Assembly (NCBI RefSeq): GCF_018350175.1
Contig: NC_058368.1
Coordinates: 13,766,001 to 13,830,000 of the forward strand
Direction: 5' to 3'
DNA length: 64,000 bases
Source: Felis catus
Lineage: Eukaryota
This document shows, in pieces, positions 37,611 to 50,359 of this stretch (position 1 is its first letter; every line of letters begins with the position of its first letter). The translations under genes were made by a program, and so were the position numbers. The notes below the pieces were generated by a model. The model did no database searches and had not been told where the DNA came from. It saw only the letters and a list, made by a program, of their open reading frames with translations.

Positions 37611-38260
37611 TACAGAATGTACGTTTATCACAGCAAAGCATTTGAAAAGTCTCTTGTAATATCCCTGTACATTTGATAGAGAAATGTGGGTTGAAAAATA
37701 ATTTAATTGGGCAGGTTAATAGATGGTTAAACAATGGAGGGAAGTGTTTGGTAATATGTTTCACAGTTCTTTTTGCCTTTAGCTTCTTCTGCTGAACTTT
37801 GTTTGCAATCAACAATGGATAACTACACAGAACACATAAAACATATAGATGATTTCACAGAGAGCAATAACGTGCTAGATGACAGAATCAGAACTGAACA
37901 AGTTTTTAAGTCAAAGAATGATATGAATGCCCACTACTTCTCTCCTACTTCAAGATTCTTTTCAGTTTTTATCCATGTGAGCTATCTTATCTGTGAAGCT
38001 TTTTCTTATCCCTCACTCCTAGGCACAATGTAACACACATATAGAATCCCAGTCCTGGCCCTTGCCTCTACCACTATCAAAGCTTTCACTGCAGCTTAAT
38101 ATATATATATATTTACTTATCTCTATACATGTGAGCTCCTGAAAAACAGAAACCATGCTGTAGTCATCTTTGTACCTTCAGCCTCCCACTTGATGCTATT
38201 GGTGCAATAAATGCCTACGTGAGTAAGTAAGCGAATGAATGAACAAATGGATTGATTTTA

Positions 38261-38590
38261 TTTTATTTTTTTATGTTTTTTCAATATATGAAATTTACTG
38301 TCAAATTGGTTTCCATACAACACCCAGTGCTCATCCCAAAAGGTGCCCTCCTCAATACCCATAGCCCCCCCCTCCCCTCCCTCCCACCCTGCATCAACCC
38401 TCAGTTTGTTCTCAGCTTTTAAGAGTCTCTTATGCTTTGGCTCTCTCCCACTCTAACCTCTTTTTATTTTTTTTCCTTCCCCTCCCCCATGGGTTTCTGT
38501 TAAGTTTCTCAGGATCCACATAAGAGTGAAAACATATGGTATTTGTCTTTCTCAGTATGGCTTATTTCACTGAGCATAACACTCTCCAGT
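38261..38590 (-). mobile_element. 330-bp 5'-truncated felid L1 3' end
   Basis: TSD aaatggatYgatttta at 38245-38260 and 38591-38606; T-rich tail on the left; C-rich 3'UTR. Confidence 0.9.
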
Positions 38591-39012
38591 AAATGGATCG
38601 ATTTTAAAGAAACAGCTTCATTTACAGGATGCTGAAGGACAAGAACAAAAGAAACAACGCTGAAAATTCCGTGGAAACTACCGAAAACCAGGAACGATCG
38701 AGTTTAGACTCGATACCACACATAGTCTCCTGACTGAGCCTTCCTTTCTTGCATTGGTAACTTGTCCACAAATGTGTGTACACATGCATGAACACACAAC
38801 GTAACATTATAGGTGGCCACAAGTTTTCACACTTTCTTTGCAACCGCACTAAATTGCTTGAACTACGCTTTAAACAATAATCACTATGCATTCGCAGTTA
38901 CTGTAGAAATTGCTGGTCGGCTAGACAAGAGTAATTTGTGTTTCAGCCTCTCAAAAGTCCTTTGCCCCGATGGTGACAATGTAGAATACTTGGCATTAAA
39001 ATCTAATCCATA

Positions 39013-39182
39013 GGAGTGGCTGGATGGTGCGGCCAGTTAAGCGTCCAACTGTCTATCTCGGCTCAGGTCGTGATCTCATCGTTTCTGAGCTTGAGCCCCT
39101 GCATCAGGCTCTGTGCTGATGGAGCAAAGCCTGCTTGGCATTCTGTCTCTCTTTCTCTCTGCCCTTCCTCTGCATGTGCACA

Positions 39183-39230
<48 letters not shown>

Positions 39231-39303
39231 ATAACTTAAATAAATAAATAAAACCATTAAAATAAACAAACTTAAATAAATAAATAAAACCTTTAAAAAA
39301 ACA
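39013..39303 (+). mobile_element. Can-SINE with long (CT)n and duplicated tail
   Basis: TSD taaaatctaatcc at 38997-39009 and 39304-39316. Confidence 0.9.
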
Positions 39304-40429
39304 TAAAATCTAATCCCTGTATAATTTCCTGTTCCTTCAACCGACTGCTTAAACTGTTTTACTTCCCACTGTCTTCCCCAGTGTCTTCTCCTTGTTCCCT
39401 TCCAAATTCACATTAACATAACCTGGGATACAAGATATAAGATTCTTTACCATACACAACTAAATCTGTGTTATATGCTTTCTAGAAAACCTAACAATGC
39501 AAACTAAAGTATATATGTATGTTAAGAATTAAAAGGATATATCCAGTTAACTTAAGAAATAGAAATGCATCGTTTTCAGAGCATAGCAAGAAAGCCGGAG
39601 GAATGATACACTAATGCTTTGTTTTAACTCAAAGGCACAGCCACCAGAAATCAAAAATAGGTTAATAAAACCACCGACCAGATAATAAAAACAAATTAAT
39701 ACTAGAGTTTTATTTCATTATCAAACCAGGCTCCAAGTTAACTCCTGTATGTGGAATGAGTTCTTGCTAAACATTCTTGAAAGTCCTCATTTAGATTGTG
39801 TTGTAAAATCAAACTGAGAATTGGCGCAAAAACTGAACACCTGAAAATTCATGTATGAGCCTTAGAGAAGACAAATTTAAATTGTCACTTAGAATTTAGA
39901 AAATGTGAGTATAAGGCACTTCAGTAGTTATTTTCACCTAAACTTAAGCGATCCAGTCAAGAGGTCACCAGCCTCTACGGTCTCAGACTATGGTAACCAC
40001 TGCTTCCTTCAGCTCTAAGTGAAAATTATTTGTAAGAAATATAGTGCTAGGAGATACCCAGGATAATAGCTTCTCTATGTCATGTCTCCCACGATTCTTA
40101 GAGATTTGTGCTTTGTTGCAGTGTGTTAAATATAGAAAAAGGAAAAGTGAACATTACACTAACCTACATGTATATGTGTGATAGAATACAGGAGAAATTC
40201 AAATATTAAATTTTAAAACTCAGTTCAATAAAAACTCAACTCAATAATAACTGACTGAGCACACACTCTAGGTCCTGTTATATATTTTATGCTGTGTTAT
40301 GTATTGATTTTTTAAAAGTCACATTTATAAGAGCTCTGCACTCAAAAAGTCATATCCTCCTAAGGAAAGTATAACTGAATGGCGAAGATAAGTGTTTCTC
40401 AATGCATTTTTAACCACTAAATATTCACC

Positions 40430-41190
40430 ATCAACTAGTCACATCATGTTGCTATAGACCTCAGGTCTGAGCCTGATGCCAAATGCGGTGAGATGTTTGG
40501 GGAGCCTGCAAGTGGATGAGTATATCTTGCATATGGCCGTCAGGCTAGAAGGCAGAGGGCAGCCTGTAGAAGTTTTAAAATATTGGCTCCAAAGCTTTCG
40601 ACATGTTTCATGGCAAGAAGTGTGGTCTTTACCCCCAACCCACGAATCTGAGTAGGCTTGTGATTGCTCCAATTGAGATGAATAGAGTGAAGGTGACCCT
40701 GACTTTTGAGCTAGATCAGAAGAGGCCACACAATTTCCACCTGGTTCTCTTTTGAATTCTTGCTCTTTGAATGTGTCCTTTCAGGAAATCTAAGAGCCCA
40801 AGAGCCACAGAGTGAGAAGCCCAAATCCATGGAACAGCAGTGCGTAAGTGCTCTTACTGACATCCCCCCAGTTGACTTCTCATTTTGAGTCATCCTCTCT
40901 GAAATGCATGCATGTGAGAGAAGAATCCTCTAGATCAGTGTTCTCAAATATTAGCATGCATTAGAGTCACGTGAGGGCTTGTTAAAAACATAGAGTATTG
41001 AGTCCCGCTGTTAAAGTTTCTAGTTCAGTACATCTGGGGTGGGACTCTACAATTTGCATCTAAGTTTCCCAGTGATTTGAGAAGCACTGCTGTAGATGAT
41101 TCAAGTCACCAACCACTGGTGAAACCCCAACATCATGGAGCAGAGATAAGCCATACCTGTTCTGCCCTGTCTGGATTCCTTGGCCCACCT
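40430..41190 (+). mobile_element. MLT1-type LTR(s) interrupted by MER5A
   Basis: gaatctgagtaggcttgtgattgctcc..gacttttgagctagatcagaagaggcc..catcatggagcagagataagcc. Confidence 0.7.
40936..41089. mobile_element. MER5A-like hAT-Charlie element inside an MLT1 LTR
   Basis: TIRs cagtgttctcaaa / tttgagaagcactg; 8-bp TSD ctctagat / ctgtagat (40928-40935, 41090-41097). Confidence 0.85.
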
Positions 41191-41568
41191 TTTCCCATTC
41201 AAGAAGGTATTTAAGAATGAAAATTAGTAAAATGACATTATAGGAAACTTTTAATTCATTCTAATTGATTTCAAAGTACAACATTCACAAACTTTCATGC
41301 TTTAATGATTAGCTTTAATTATTAATGTGATACAACACAGTTCACAAGTGATTACAAAACATTGCTGCTTACTCACCACATCTAGAAGACTCCCCTGTTT
41401 GAGAGCAGGAGCTTTGCAATCAGTAGCGCTTGTTTTGAACCTCACCTCTGCTACTTAAATGCTAACACAGCAATGAATGGGGAAGGGGAGAAACCGAAGG
41501 GATTTGTCTGCCTGGCTTTAAATCCTAGTTCTATCACCTTCCAGTTACATGTGATCTGAATCAAAATA

Positions 41569-41810
41569 CAGTAACAAAAATACATTGGTTTCTGAGCATA
41601 ATTTGCTCCAAAAACATGCTTGTAATCCAAAGCACTAGTATATCAAAGTGAATTTCAAGAACCATTGGCTCTGTTGTGATCACATGACATTCGGCATCAC
41701 ATACTACTTGTATTGCAAGAGATCACTCGTTTATCAAGTTAAAATGTATTAGAAATGTTTGCTCATGTTGAGGAACACTCACAGAGCAAGTTACTGTACT
41801 TAAGTTACTG
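41569..41810. mobile_element. Tc1/mariner (Tigger-like) non-autonomous MITE inside a MIR
   Basis: ta|cagtaac ... gttactg|ta terminal inverted repeats with TA TSD; MIR sequence on both sides (~41510-41930). Confidence 0.75.
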
Positions 41811-42260
41811 TATTTAATCTGTGTAAGCCTCTGTGTCTTCATTCCTAGAATGGCCTGAGAAGATTGTTGTGGTCATTAAATAAGATAATGCTCTTGAAAC
41901 AGTGCCTGGGACTGAGAAGTCACCCTGTAAATATGTTATGAAATGGTATGCGTGCTTAAATAGGCTTTCACCACTCTGAGAATTAGAGCTTCCTTTACAA
42001 AGCCATTCTAACAGTCAATATCAACTGCATAAGGTGATCGTTAGGATTAACTAATAAATAATACGTACCCAATAAATGGCAGATGATGATGATGATTATA
42101 CTGTTATGAAACAGGATACTTCCAGGGACAGAAAGTACAAATGAGCAAGTTCTATTCCAATAAAATAGAGCTTGCATGTGGGGTGACAGCAGCACACAGT
42201 GTCTTAGTCTGGCATTGATCCAACAGTACAGGAGTATGTGTTATTAAAAGCTCCATGATA

Positions 42261-42485
42261 GGGGCGCCTGGGTGGCTCAGTCAGTTGGGCATCTGACTTT
42301 GGCTCAGGTCATGTTCTCACGGTCCGTCTTTCAAGCCCCGCGTCGGACTCTGTGCTGACAGTTCAGAGCCTGGACCTGCTTCGGATTTTGTGTCTCTCTC
42401 TCTCTGGCCCTCCCCTTCTCATGCTCTGTCTCGCTCTCTCTCTCAAAAATAAATAAACATTAAAAAAATAATAATAATAAATAAA
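42261..42485 (+). mobile_element. Can-SINE
   Basis: TSD taaaagctccatgatag. Confidence 0.95.
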
Positions 42486-43018
42486 TAAAAGCTCCATGAT
42501 AGAATCAAAGGGATTCCTGAAAGTCTGTTCATATACACTCTAAAGCTAGAGTAAGGACTGCACTAAATCATCATATATTCTGGCTACCGGCCTATTAATG
42601 TCAGATCCCAGGAGATGTGAATCAAGAAATTTCTCAACCTCTAGAATCTATGCCTCTTTCTTCCCTTGGTACCCAAAGTATTAGTTTGAGGTATCATTTT
42701 TGCTAAGCCTTGTACTAATGGATTATTAGGCAGGCAGAAAATCCAAAGGAATATTAATGAGTAATGAATATGTTAGCTAATAACTCTGAGATGATGCTCT
42801 TCAGGGACGAAGAACTTTAAGAAACAAAGAACCTTCGGGGCCCCACAGAATAAATCTATAGTAACGTAACAATGGATGAGGAGGTTGCCATTTTGATGCA
42901 AGATTTTCTCAGGTCAGTTAGACTACAGCACACAGCAGGCTGCTTTCTTCTAAGGCTGACCTGATGATTACAGGTTTTACAAGACACAGACATGGCTTTC
43001 TTTAAAAATTGTTTCTCT

Positions 43019-43228
43019 GGGTGCCTGGGTGGCTCAGTTGGTTAAGCGTCCGACTTCAGCTCAGGTCATGATCTCTCAATCTGTGGGTTCGATCCCTGCA
43101 TTGTGCTCTGTGTTGACAGCTCAGAGCCTGGAGCCGGCTTCAGATTCTGTGTCTCCCTCCCTCTCTGCCCCTCCCTTACTTGCATTCTGTCTTTCTGTCT
43201 CTCAAAAATAAACATTAGAAAATTTAAA
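43019..43228 (+). mobile_element. Can-SINE
   Basis: tRNA head, CT-rich region, A tail. Confidence 0.92.
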
Positions 43229-46200
43229 GAAATATATTGTTTTTCAGTCATGATGTATTCTGTTCTTTGTGTAACCAGAAGAATGCTGAAAAGAGAGTTA
43301 GGTAAATATTTTCCTTCTCTTTGGGCAGGGAAGAATTTTATAAGCATAAAGAAATAGAAGAGGTCACAGAGGAAAAGATAAACAGATTTGTCTACAAAAA
43401 GAATTGAAACCTTCCAGATGTTAGGAAATACCATAAGCTAAATAAAAAACTGAGAAATAACATCACCCACAAAGCATTTATGTCTATAATATACAAATCA
43501 ATAACAAAACTCTAGCATCTCAATAGAAATAGGATCTAAAACTAGACACAGATACTTTACATTATTAATGGAAAAAGAATTGCAAACTTAAACTATATAC
43601 ATTTTTCCCCTTAACAAATTAGCAAAGATTTTGAAATATGTTAATATTTTATGCCGGTGAAGAATGTTAAGACCAAGATTCTAATAACCTTCTCATGAAA
43701 GTGGTCCAATTTTTCTGGAAAGCAATTTGGCTAAATAAATGAGAAGTAATAAAAAATGTTTCAATCCTTGATCCTATGAACCCACTTCTAAGGAAACTTG
43801 GAAAATGTCCCTGTTTCACAGTCAAGAGTTTCAGTCAAAATTTGAAGTACAAAGATATTTACCATGGCTTTCTTTATAACAGCAAAATTTATGGAATAAC
43901 ATATACTCAACATTATGGAGTAAATAGCTGTATACTTCTTATGAATATTATGCAGTCATATAAAAATTTCAAATAATGTTAGTGATCTCAGAAAATTCAC
44001 ACCAGAATATTAATGGAAAAAAATCAAGATACAGAACAGGAGTCATCAGAGACAGCTTTTGAAATATTTTGGTATTGGCTTTCTGGAGTGCTGCATTGAA
44101 GCATATTCTGACATAGCATCTGGGCTCAGCAGGAAAGAAAGCTGTGATCAGTAATATCTGCCATGGGCAAAAAAGGCAGGAAGTAGTGGTACACATGCTC
44201 TATATCTGCCATCCCTAGTGGTATATGCAATATGGTCCCAATCGTTCATCAGCATACACGTGTACCCTTTGTGTGCACACGCACGTGCACGTGGATACGT
44301 ATAGAATCACTCCACTGTAACTGTGATTATCTCTAGCTTGTGATATTAGGGTGATTTGGTTTTATTAAAAATATTTTGGTATTTTTCAAATTTTCTACAT
44401 TGAGCACATATTAGTTTTCTATTGTTGTTATTTTTTAGATTTTCGAATTGTCCAGGTGATTTTTTTTTTTTTAACAAGTTGTTACATTCACTCTGGGGAA
44501 GGTGGCAGGAGTAAAAGGGATAAAAATACAGGCAAATAAATTCTAGAGAGATTTTCTTAGGCATGTTTGTTTCTTTTTCTAGAAGGTAAATGTGTTATTA
44601 GAGTTAGAAATATCTTTCCCAGTGCAGGTTAGCTCAAAATCTCTTCGAATTTGGTTATGAATAAGAATGTGACCTTTTGTCTCCTATGGAAATCCAAGCA
44701 CTTGAAGGAAGATTTTTGTGAATGAGCTGAAAAAAGAATCAATTTTTGTCAGTATAAATAGCCAAAGGTCCTGAAACTAATAAGACCACCTTTGAAAAGG
44801 CCAGTCTTATAATGAGGTTGTAAATTTTTTAAACAATTAATCACCTTTTTTTTTTTAACTTTACTAATTTGTATACTGCTCAGTCATCCCCACTCTTGAA
44901 GCTGATTTTGATGTTTTCAAAGCTTTGATTTCTTTGCAGACAATAATTACCAGGTGAAGAAGCAAGCTGGTATGGTTTCTTGGCTGAATTTCTTCCACCT
45001 TATGAGGCTGTCTCAAAATTGGAAGCCATAAGCTTCAGGGAGTCAGAGACAAAGGGCCCAGATGCAGCTCTCCCTTTAATTAGCTCTGTGACATGAGACA
45101 AGTCATTTTCTCTATTCCCTTTCAGAGTTTCCACATTGGTAATATGAAAATATACTGTTACTGTCCTCCAGGGCAGGATATGTGAGGATAAATTGGGTAA
45201 AAGATGCAAGATGTATAAGCCGATGGGAGGCCATCCTTCCTACTGGGTCTCTCTCCCACATGACAGTGTACAAATCCCTCCTAAGGTGTTAACTGATAAT
45301 TAGAATGTTAACTAGCAGCCAAGGAGTCAGTGATATTTGAGGGTTTTTTTTGTTTTGTTTTTTAAGAAAATTAAGGGGGACTGTCCCGAATTTCCAAAGT
45401 GGACAGTGCCAGCAAGGTGGCCAGTGCTGATCCCAGGGAGCTTTGTGGGAGGATGTCTGGCTATAGTTTTCCCAAATCGTCACCAAATACTCTTCAACCT
45501 AAAATCCATTAAGACAATCATATATTGCCTTTTATTAAGCCATATTCGACTATAGCTGAGTGACTTTGCCACCTTGCTCGCAACTAATGTTTGCATTCCT
45601 CTGCTCCTTCATTATTTTTTGATGCTCCTAGAAACATCGAGGTAAGTGTCAAGGTGCTGCTAACCACCAGTACTGAGAGTAGAAGTAGACGGTGAGAACC
45701 AGAACTGGTATCTAACTGGGGAAAACCTAAATACACCAAGAATACTCCCCAATCAAAGTGAGGACTCTCATTGTATCAATGCAAAGACCCCTTTATCTTT
45801 CCTTCCTTACCATGTCTATATCTGTTGCAGGTTTAACAAATGCTTCCTCTGTGGAGGTACTGTGCTACACCTGCTTATCCATGGATGGATGTAAGTACAG
45901 CATGGAAAGAGTTTTTATGGACTGTATTACATCACTTTTAGAAATAGTTATATTTCCAAATTGTGGACTTTCAAAAAAATTATCTAAGCTCAAATACTGA
46001 AGCATGAAAGTCTTGATTTGCACTTAGTGAAGGATATCACTAAGGGTAGCCTCATCTGCCCTGGAGCACAGCAACCCCCCCCCCAAAAACAAAAAACAAA
46101 AACCTAGCAGTTTAAATAACAACTAGACCATAAGTGAAAGAAATCCACTTACTCTAACCCTACAGCATCCATCTTTCTGCATCATCAGAGCAGTTCAATT

Positions 46201-46354
46201 TGGCAAACATCACTGCTGTCTTATTTTAAGAAATTGCCACAGCCACCCCGACCACCACCCTGATCAGTCAGCAGCCATCAACATTGAGGCAAATCCCTCC
46301 ACCAGTAAAAAGATTACAAATTGCTGAAAGCATTTATTAGTGATGTGATATATT

Positions 46355-46365
46355 TTTATAAATAT

Positions 46366-46400
<35 letters not shown>

Positions 46401-46595
46401 TTTTTGAGAGAGAAAGAGAGCACAAGTGGAGGAGAGTCAGAGAGAGAGAGAGAGAGGGAAGACACAGAATCTGAAGCAGGCTCCAAGCTCTGAGCTGTCA
46501 GCACAGAACCCGATGCAGGGCTCAAACTCACGGATCATGAGATCATGACCTGAACTGAAGTCCAATGGTTAACTGACTGAGCCACTGAGCACCCC
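46355..46595 (-). mobile_element. Can-SINE in Tigger1
   Basis: (ttta)n tail, reverse head. Confidence 0.9.
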
Positions 46596-46610
46596 ATGAC
46601 ATTTTTAAAT

Positions 46611-46822
46611 TTTTTTTTCAACGTTTTTATTTATTTTTGGGACAGAGAGAGACAGAGCATGAACGGGGGAGGGGCAGAGAGCGAGGGAGACACAGAATCG
46701 GAAACAGGTTCCAGGCTCTGAGCCATCAGCCCAGAGCCCGATGCAGGGCTCGAACTCATGGACCGTGAGATCGTGACCTGGCTGAAGTCGGACGTTTAAC
46801 CGACTGCGCCACCCAGGCGCCC
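46611..46822 (-). mobile_element. Young SINEC_Fc
   Basis: TSD ccccatgacatttttaaat at 46592-46610 and 46823-46841 (the leading Cs overlap the SINE heads). Confidence 0.95.
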
Positions 46823-47230
46823 CCCCATGACATTTTTAAATGAAGATACACACATTGTTTTTTTAAGACATAATGCTATAGCACACTTACCAGGGTACAT
46901 TGCAGTATAAACATAACTTTTGTATGCATTGGGACACCAAAAACTTTATTTGACTCACTTTATTGTAGCACGTGCTTTATTGCAGTGGTTTGGAACTGAA
47001 CCCACAATTTCTCCAAAGTAAGCCTGTATTTACAATAGCCAAGGTAGGGAAGCAACCCAAATGTCCACCAATAGATGAATGCATAAAGAAGATGTGGTAT
47101 ATATGTGTATGATAGAATCCTATTCATTCATAAAAAAGAATGAAGTCTTTCCATTTATAGCAACATGAATGAACCTAGGGGGTATTGTGCTAAGTGAAAT
47201 ATATCAGACAGAGAAAGACAAAAGCCATAT

Positions 47231-47890
47231 TGCTTTGGGATCATTGAACACTGTTGTCAGAAAGAATCCTCGAGGGCCACCTGGGTGGCTCAGTTGGTTA
47301 AGCGTTGGACTCTTGATTTGGGGTCAGGTCATGGTCTCATGGTTCATGGGATTGAGCCCCTTGTGGGACTCTGTGCTGACAGTGAGGAGCCTGCTTGGGA
47401 TTCTCTCTCTCCCTCTCTCCATGTTCCTCCTCGGCTTGTGTGCTCTCTTTCTCTCTCTCTTTCTCTCTCTCAAAATAAATAAATAAACTTAAAAAAAAAA
47501 AAAGGAAAGAATCCTTGAGACATTTTGTTGTGCAACATAGTAGGTTTATTCAAGTAGCACAGGGATAGGGCCTGTGGGCAGAAAGAGCTGCACTTATGCT
47601 CTATGAAGCTGGTGGTTATGTGCTTAGTGCTCAAGGGGGAGGGGACATACAAGGAGTACTAGATCATAAATGTCTTCTTCAAAAATTCTACTCATAAAAC
47701 TGCTTTTGCAAGATTTCTCTGGTATTTATGATTGAGTTTGTTATTAACTATCAATGAGATTTACAGGCTATCATGAGACCCTTTAAGAATATAGCAACCA
47801 GCATTTATTTGATCCTTATCAAAACTATACAGGCCATAGGTCAGGTTGCTGGCCTAAAGGTGAACATTTTTCTGATTCTACACTTCATCA
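47231..47890 (-). mobile_element. Solo LTR (probably ERV1 class) inserted in L1
   Basis: TG...CA termini, 4-bp TSD atat/atac (47227-47230, 47891-47894), reverse-strand AATAAA near 47544. About 415 bp once the SINE is removed. Confidence 0.7.
47275..47504 (+). mobile_element. Can-SINE in LTR
   Basis: TSD gaaagaatcctYgag at 47260-47274 and 47505-47519. Confidence 0.93.
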
Positions 47891-48874
47891 ATACAATTTC
47901 ACTTATATGTGGATTCTAAAAAAGAAACAAGCAAACAAACCAAAACAGAAACAGACTCACAAATACAGGTAACCGATTGTTGATTACCAGAGGGCAGACT
48001 AGGTGAAGGGGACTAAGGGTTGCACACTTCCAGTTACAAAATAAAATAAGTCATGGGGATATAATGAACAGCATAGGGAATATTGTCAATAATATTATAA
48101 TAACTTTGTATGATGATAGATGGAAACTAGACTCACAGGGATCATTTCATAATGTATAAAGATATTTAATCACTCTGATGCACATCTGAAACTAATAGGA
48201 TATTGTTTGTCAATTATATTTCGGTGAGAAGAAAAAGTTTAAGCTATATAAAAATAATACTTAACATGGCCGGTGGGGGTATAAATTGCTTTTCCATTCT
48301 AGAAAGCAATTTAGCCAAATACATTGGAGCTTTAAATGTTCCCATGCCATTTGACCCAGTATACTTTCAGGAGTTTATACAAATTAAATGATCATGAACG
48401 TAGACAACTATTCTTATCTATAAAAATATTCATGTGTATTATTTATAATAACAAAGGTAGCAACTAAATGTCCATAAAATAGAGGAAACTGCATATGATG
48501 GCACCTTCTGCATTACTATGCATATTACACAATATAATGTAGCCATTCAAATGATAATTATATAGACTTTAAATAAGTGAACATGCAGACAAAATCATAT
48601 TAGATACTATAAGGTTATAAAACTATATACGCAGAATAATCCCAAACTGGCTAATAGTCAAAAACACTTAAAAACAGAAGACTGGAAGAAAATACACAAA
48701 AATATTAATAAGATTATTTCTGGGGTTGGTGCTTATGGGTGAATTTTGTGTTTTTAAAACTTTTTCACATTTTTCTAAAAACTTAAATAATGGTCATATA
48801 ATATCTTTCAAATAATAAAAAAAAAAAGGTTTTCTCCACTTCCCCAAAAAAATTTTCTTTGGAGAGATTAAATT

Positions 48875-49085
48875 TTTTTTTTCAACATTTATTTATTTTT
48901 GGGACAGAGAAAGACAGAGCATGAATGGGGGAGGGGCAGAGAGAGAGGGAGACACAGAATCGGAAACAGGCTCCAGGCTCTGAGCCATCAGCCCAGAGCC
49001 CGACGCGGGGCTCGAACTCACGGACCGTGAGATCGTGACCTGGCTGAAGTCGGACGCTTAACCGACTGCGCCACCCAGGCGCCCC
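48875..49085 (-). mobile_element. Young SINEC_Fc
   Basis: Only ~3 differences from the copy at 2159-2379; TSD agattaaa(a)tttttt. Confidence 0.95.
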
Positions 49086-50359
49086 AAGATTAAAATTTTT
49101 TAACACAATATCCACCCAAAGTATATATCTGTACATATGTATGATATGGAATTTTGTGTAAAATTAAAGATATTGTTGAAATTGATTCTCTGTCCCAAGG
49201 GTAGCCATTTTTTCATGACCAAAGTTAAAAATGTCATTGAAGAGCATTAGAAAGACACACTTATCCAAAATAAAGAATGTTTTAAAAATGTTTAAATATC
49301 ACCTGTGTATGTGTCTTTAAAAACAAATACTTATTTCCACTACGATCGATTTAGTAATATTTCTAGTTTGCTTGACAGAAGTGATGTGTTTTCATTTACA
49401 GTCTTCTCACCAGTGGACATCGTTCTCCATAAAAGGAAGAGTGAACCTAAAATTCCCTCCTTCTTTAATTTTTTCTGTTAACTTCTAGACATTACTATGA
49501 TTTACTGGGGAAAAAAAAATCTTAAATCACCTTCCTCAGATCAAGTCACAAGTGATTCAAAAATTGTTTGAATTACCTTGGTCACACTGTTATCATCGCT
49601 GTGATATGAATCTACACAGTGAGGTAGGTGATCTTGCATATAGCCAACCAAGCAAGGGGTTAAACACCTAGGTCCCTGTTGTCCTGAAACCGCTGCCAAA
49701 CAGACAACAGTTAAGCTCAACGGAACCATAGGAAGATGAGCATAGTTGGCAGCAGGCTTCTGAGTCTCCAGAAGGTGCAAGGGTACAAACCAGCATCACA
49801 GACATCAATGAAACAAACAGAAGTTGGGTAAGAAGGTACAAACAGGTGTGAGGCTGAACCTCGGCTTTGGTGCATGGGTTCTATATGTTAATGGCTTTAT
49901 CTGGTGGAAACTTGTGTCCCACTTTGGACTGGCAGCTTCTCGGCTGCCAGGGATAGTGTGCAACCCTTGGGATACTGCGTAAAGCTATACAGATAGGCTT
50001 TCTTTTCCTACCTGGCCAAATGGCCACACTATATTAACAGGCCTCTTTTGTAGCAGAGTTCGGCTCCAGAAAGGCAGATTGCAGGAATTCTCCCCTCCTT
50101 ATTTTACTCTCTGGGTCCCATTCCCTACTCTGATCAGGCCCGACCTTTCTGGGTGAATATAAAGGCAAACTTAAACATCATTATAAACCAGGCTAAATTT
50201 TAGTTTGACAAATTTGGAGAGTATAGTCAATGTTTTAGGAAATAGGCTTAATATCCTTAACTTTTAAGACAGGACAGAGACAAGTCACACATTGTTCTCT
50301 CATTTCTACATCTGTATACCTATGTCTGCATCTATATGTATCTATAGCTTTCAAAACAG

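Larger units (their letters stand above)
46190..47028 (+). mobile_element. Tigger1-like DNA transposon 3' part with two nested SINEs
   Basis: ttgccacagccacccc..ccaccctgatcagtcagcagccatcaaca; ends in TIR-like gtaagcctg followed by TA. Confidence 0.85.
47029..48225 (+). mobile_element. L1 (L1MA-like) 3' end interrupted by an LTR and a SINE
   Basis: tttacaatagccaag..cagacagagaaagacaaa resumes as atttcacttatatgtgg after 47890; ends tctgaaactaataggatattgtttgtcaattatat. Confidence 0.85.

Noticed and set aside
38628..38746. Possible + strand exon (tttacag|GATGCTG..., CpG-containing)
   Set aside because: Weak pyrimidine tract and donor, short frame, no recognisable product.
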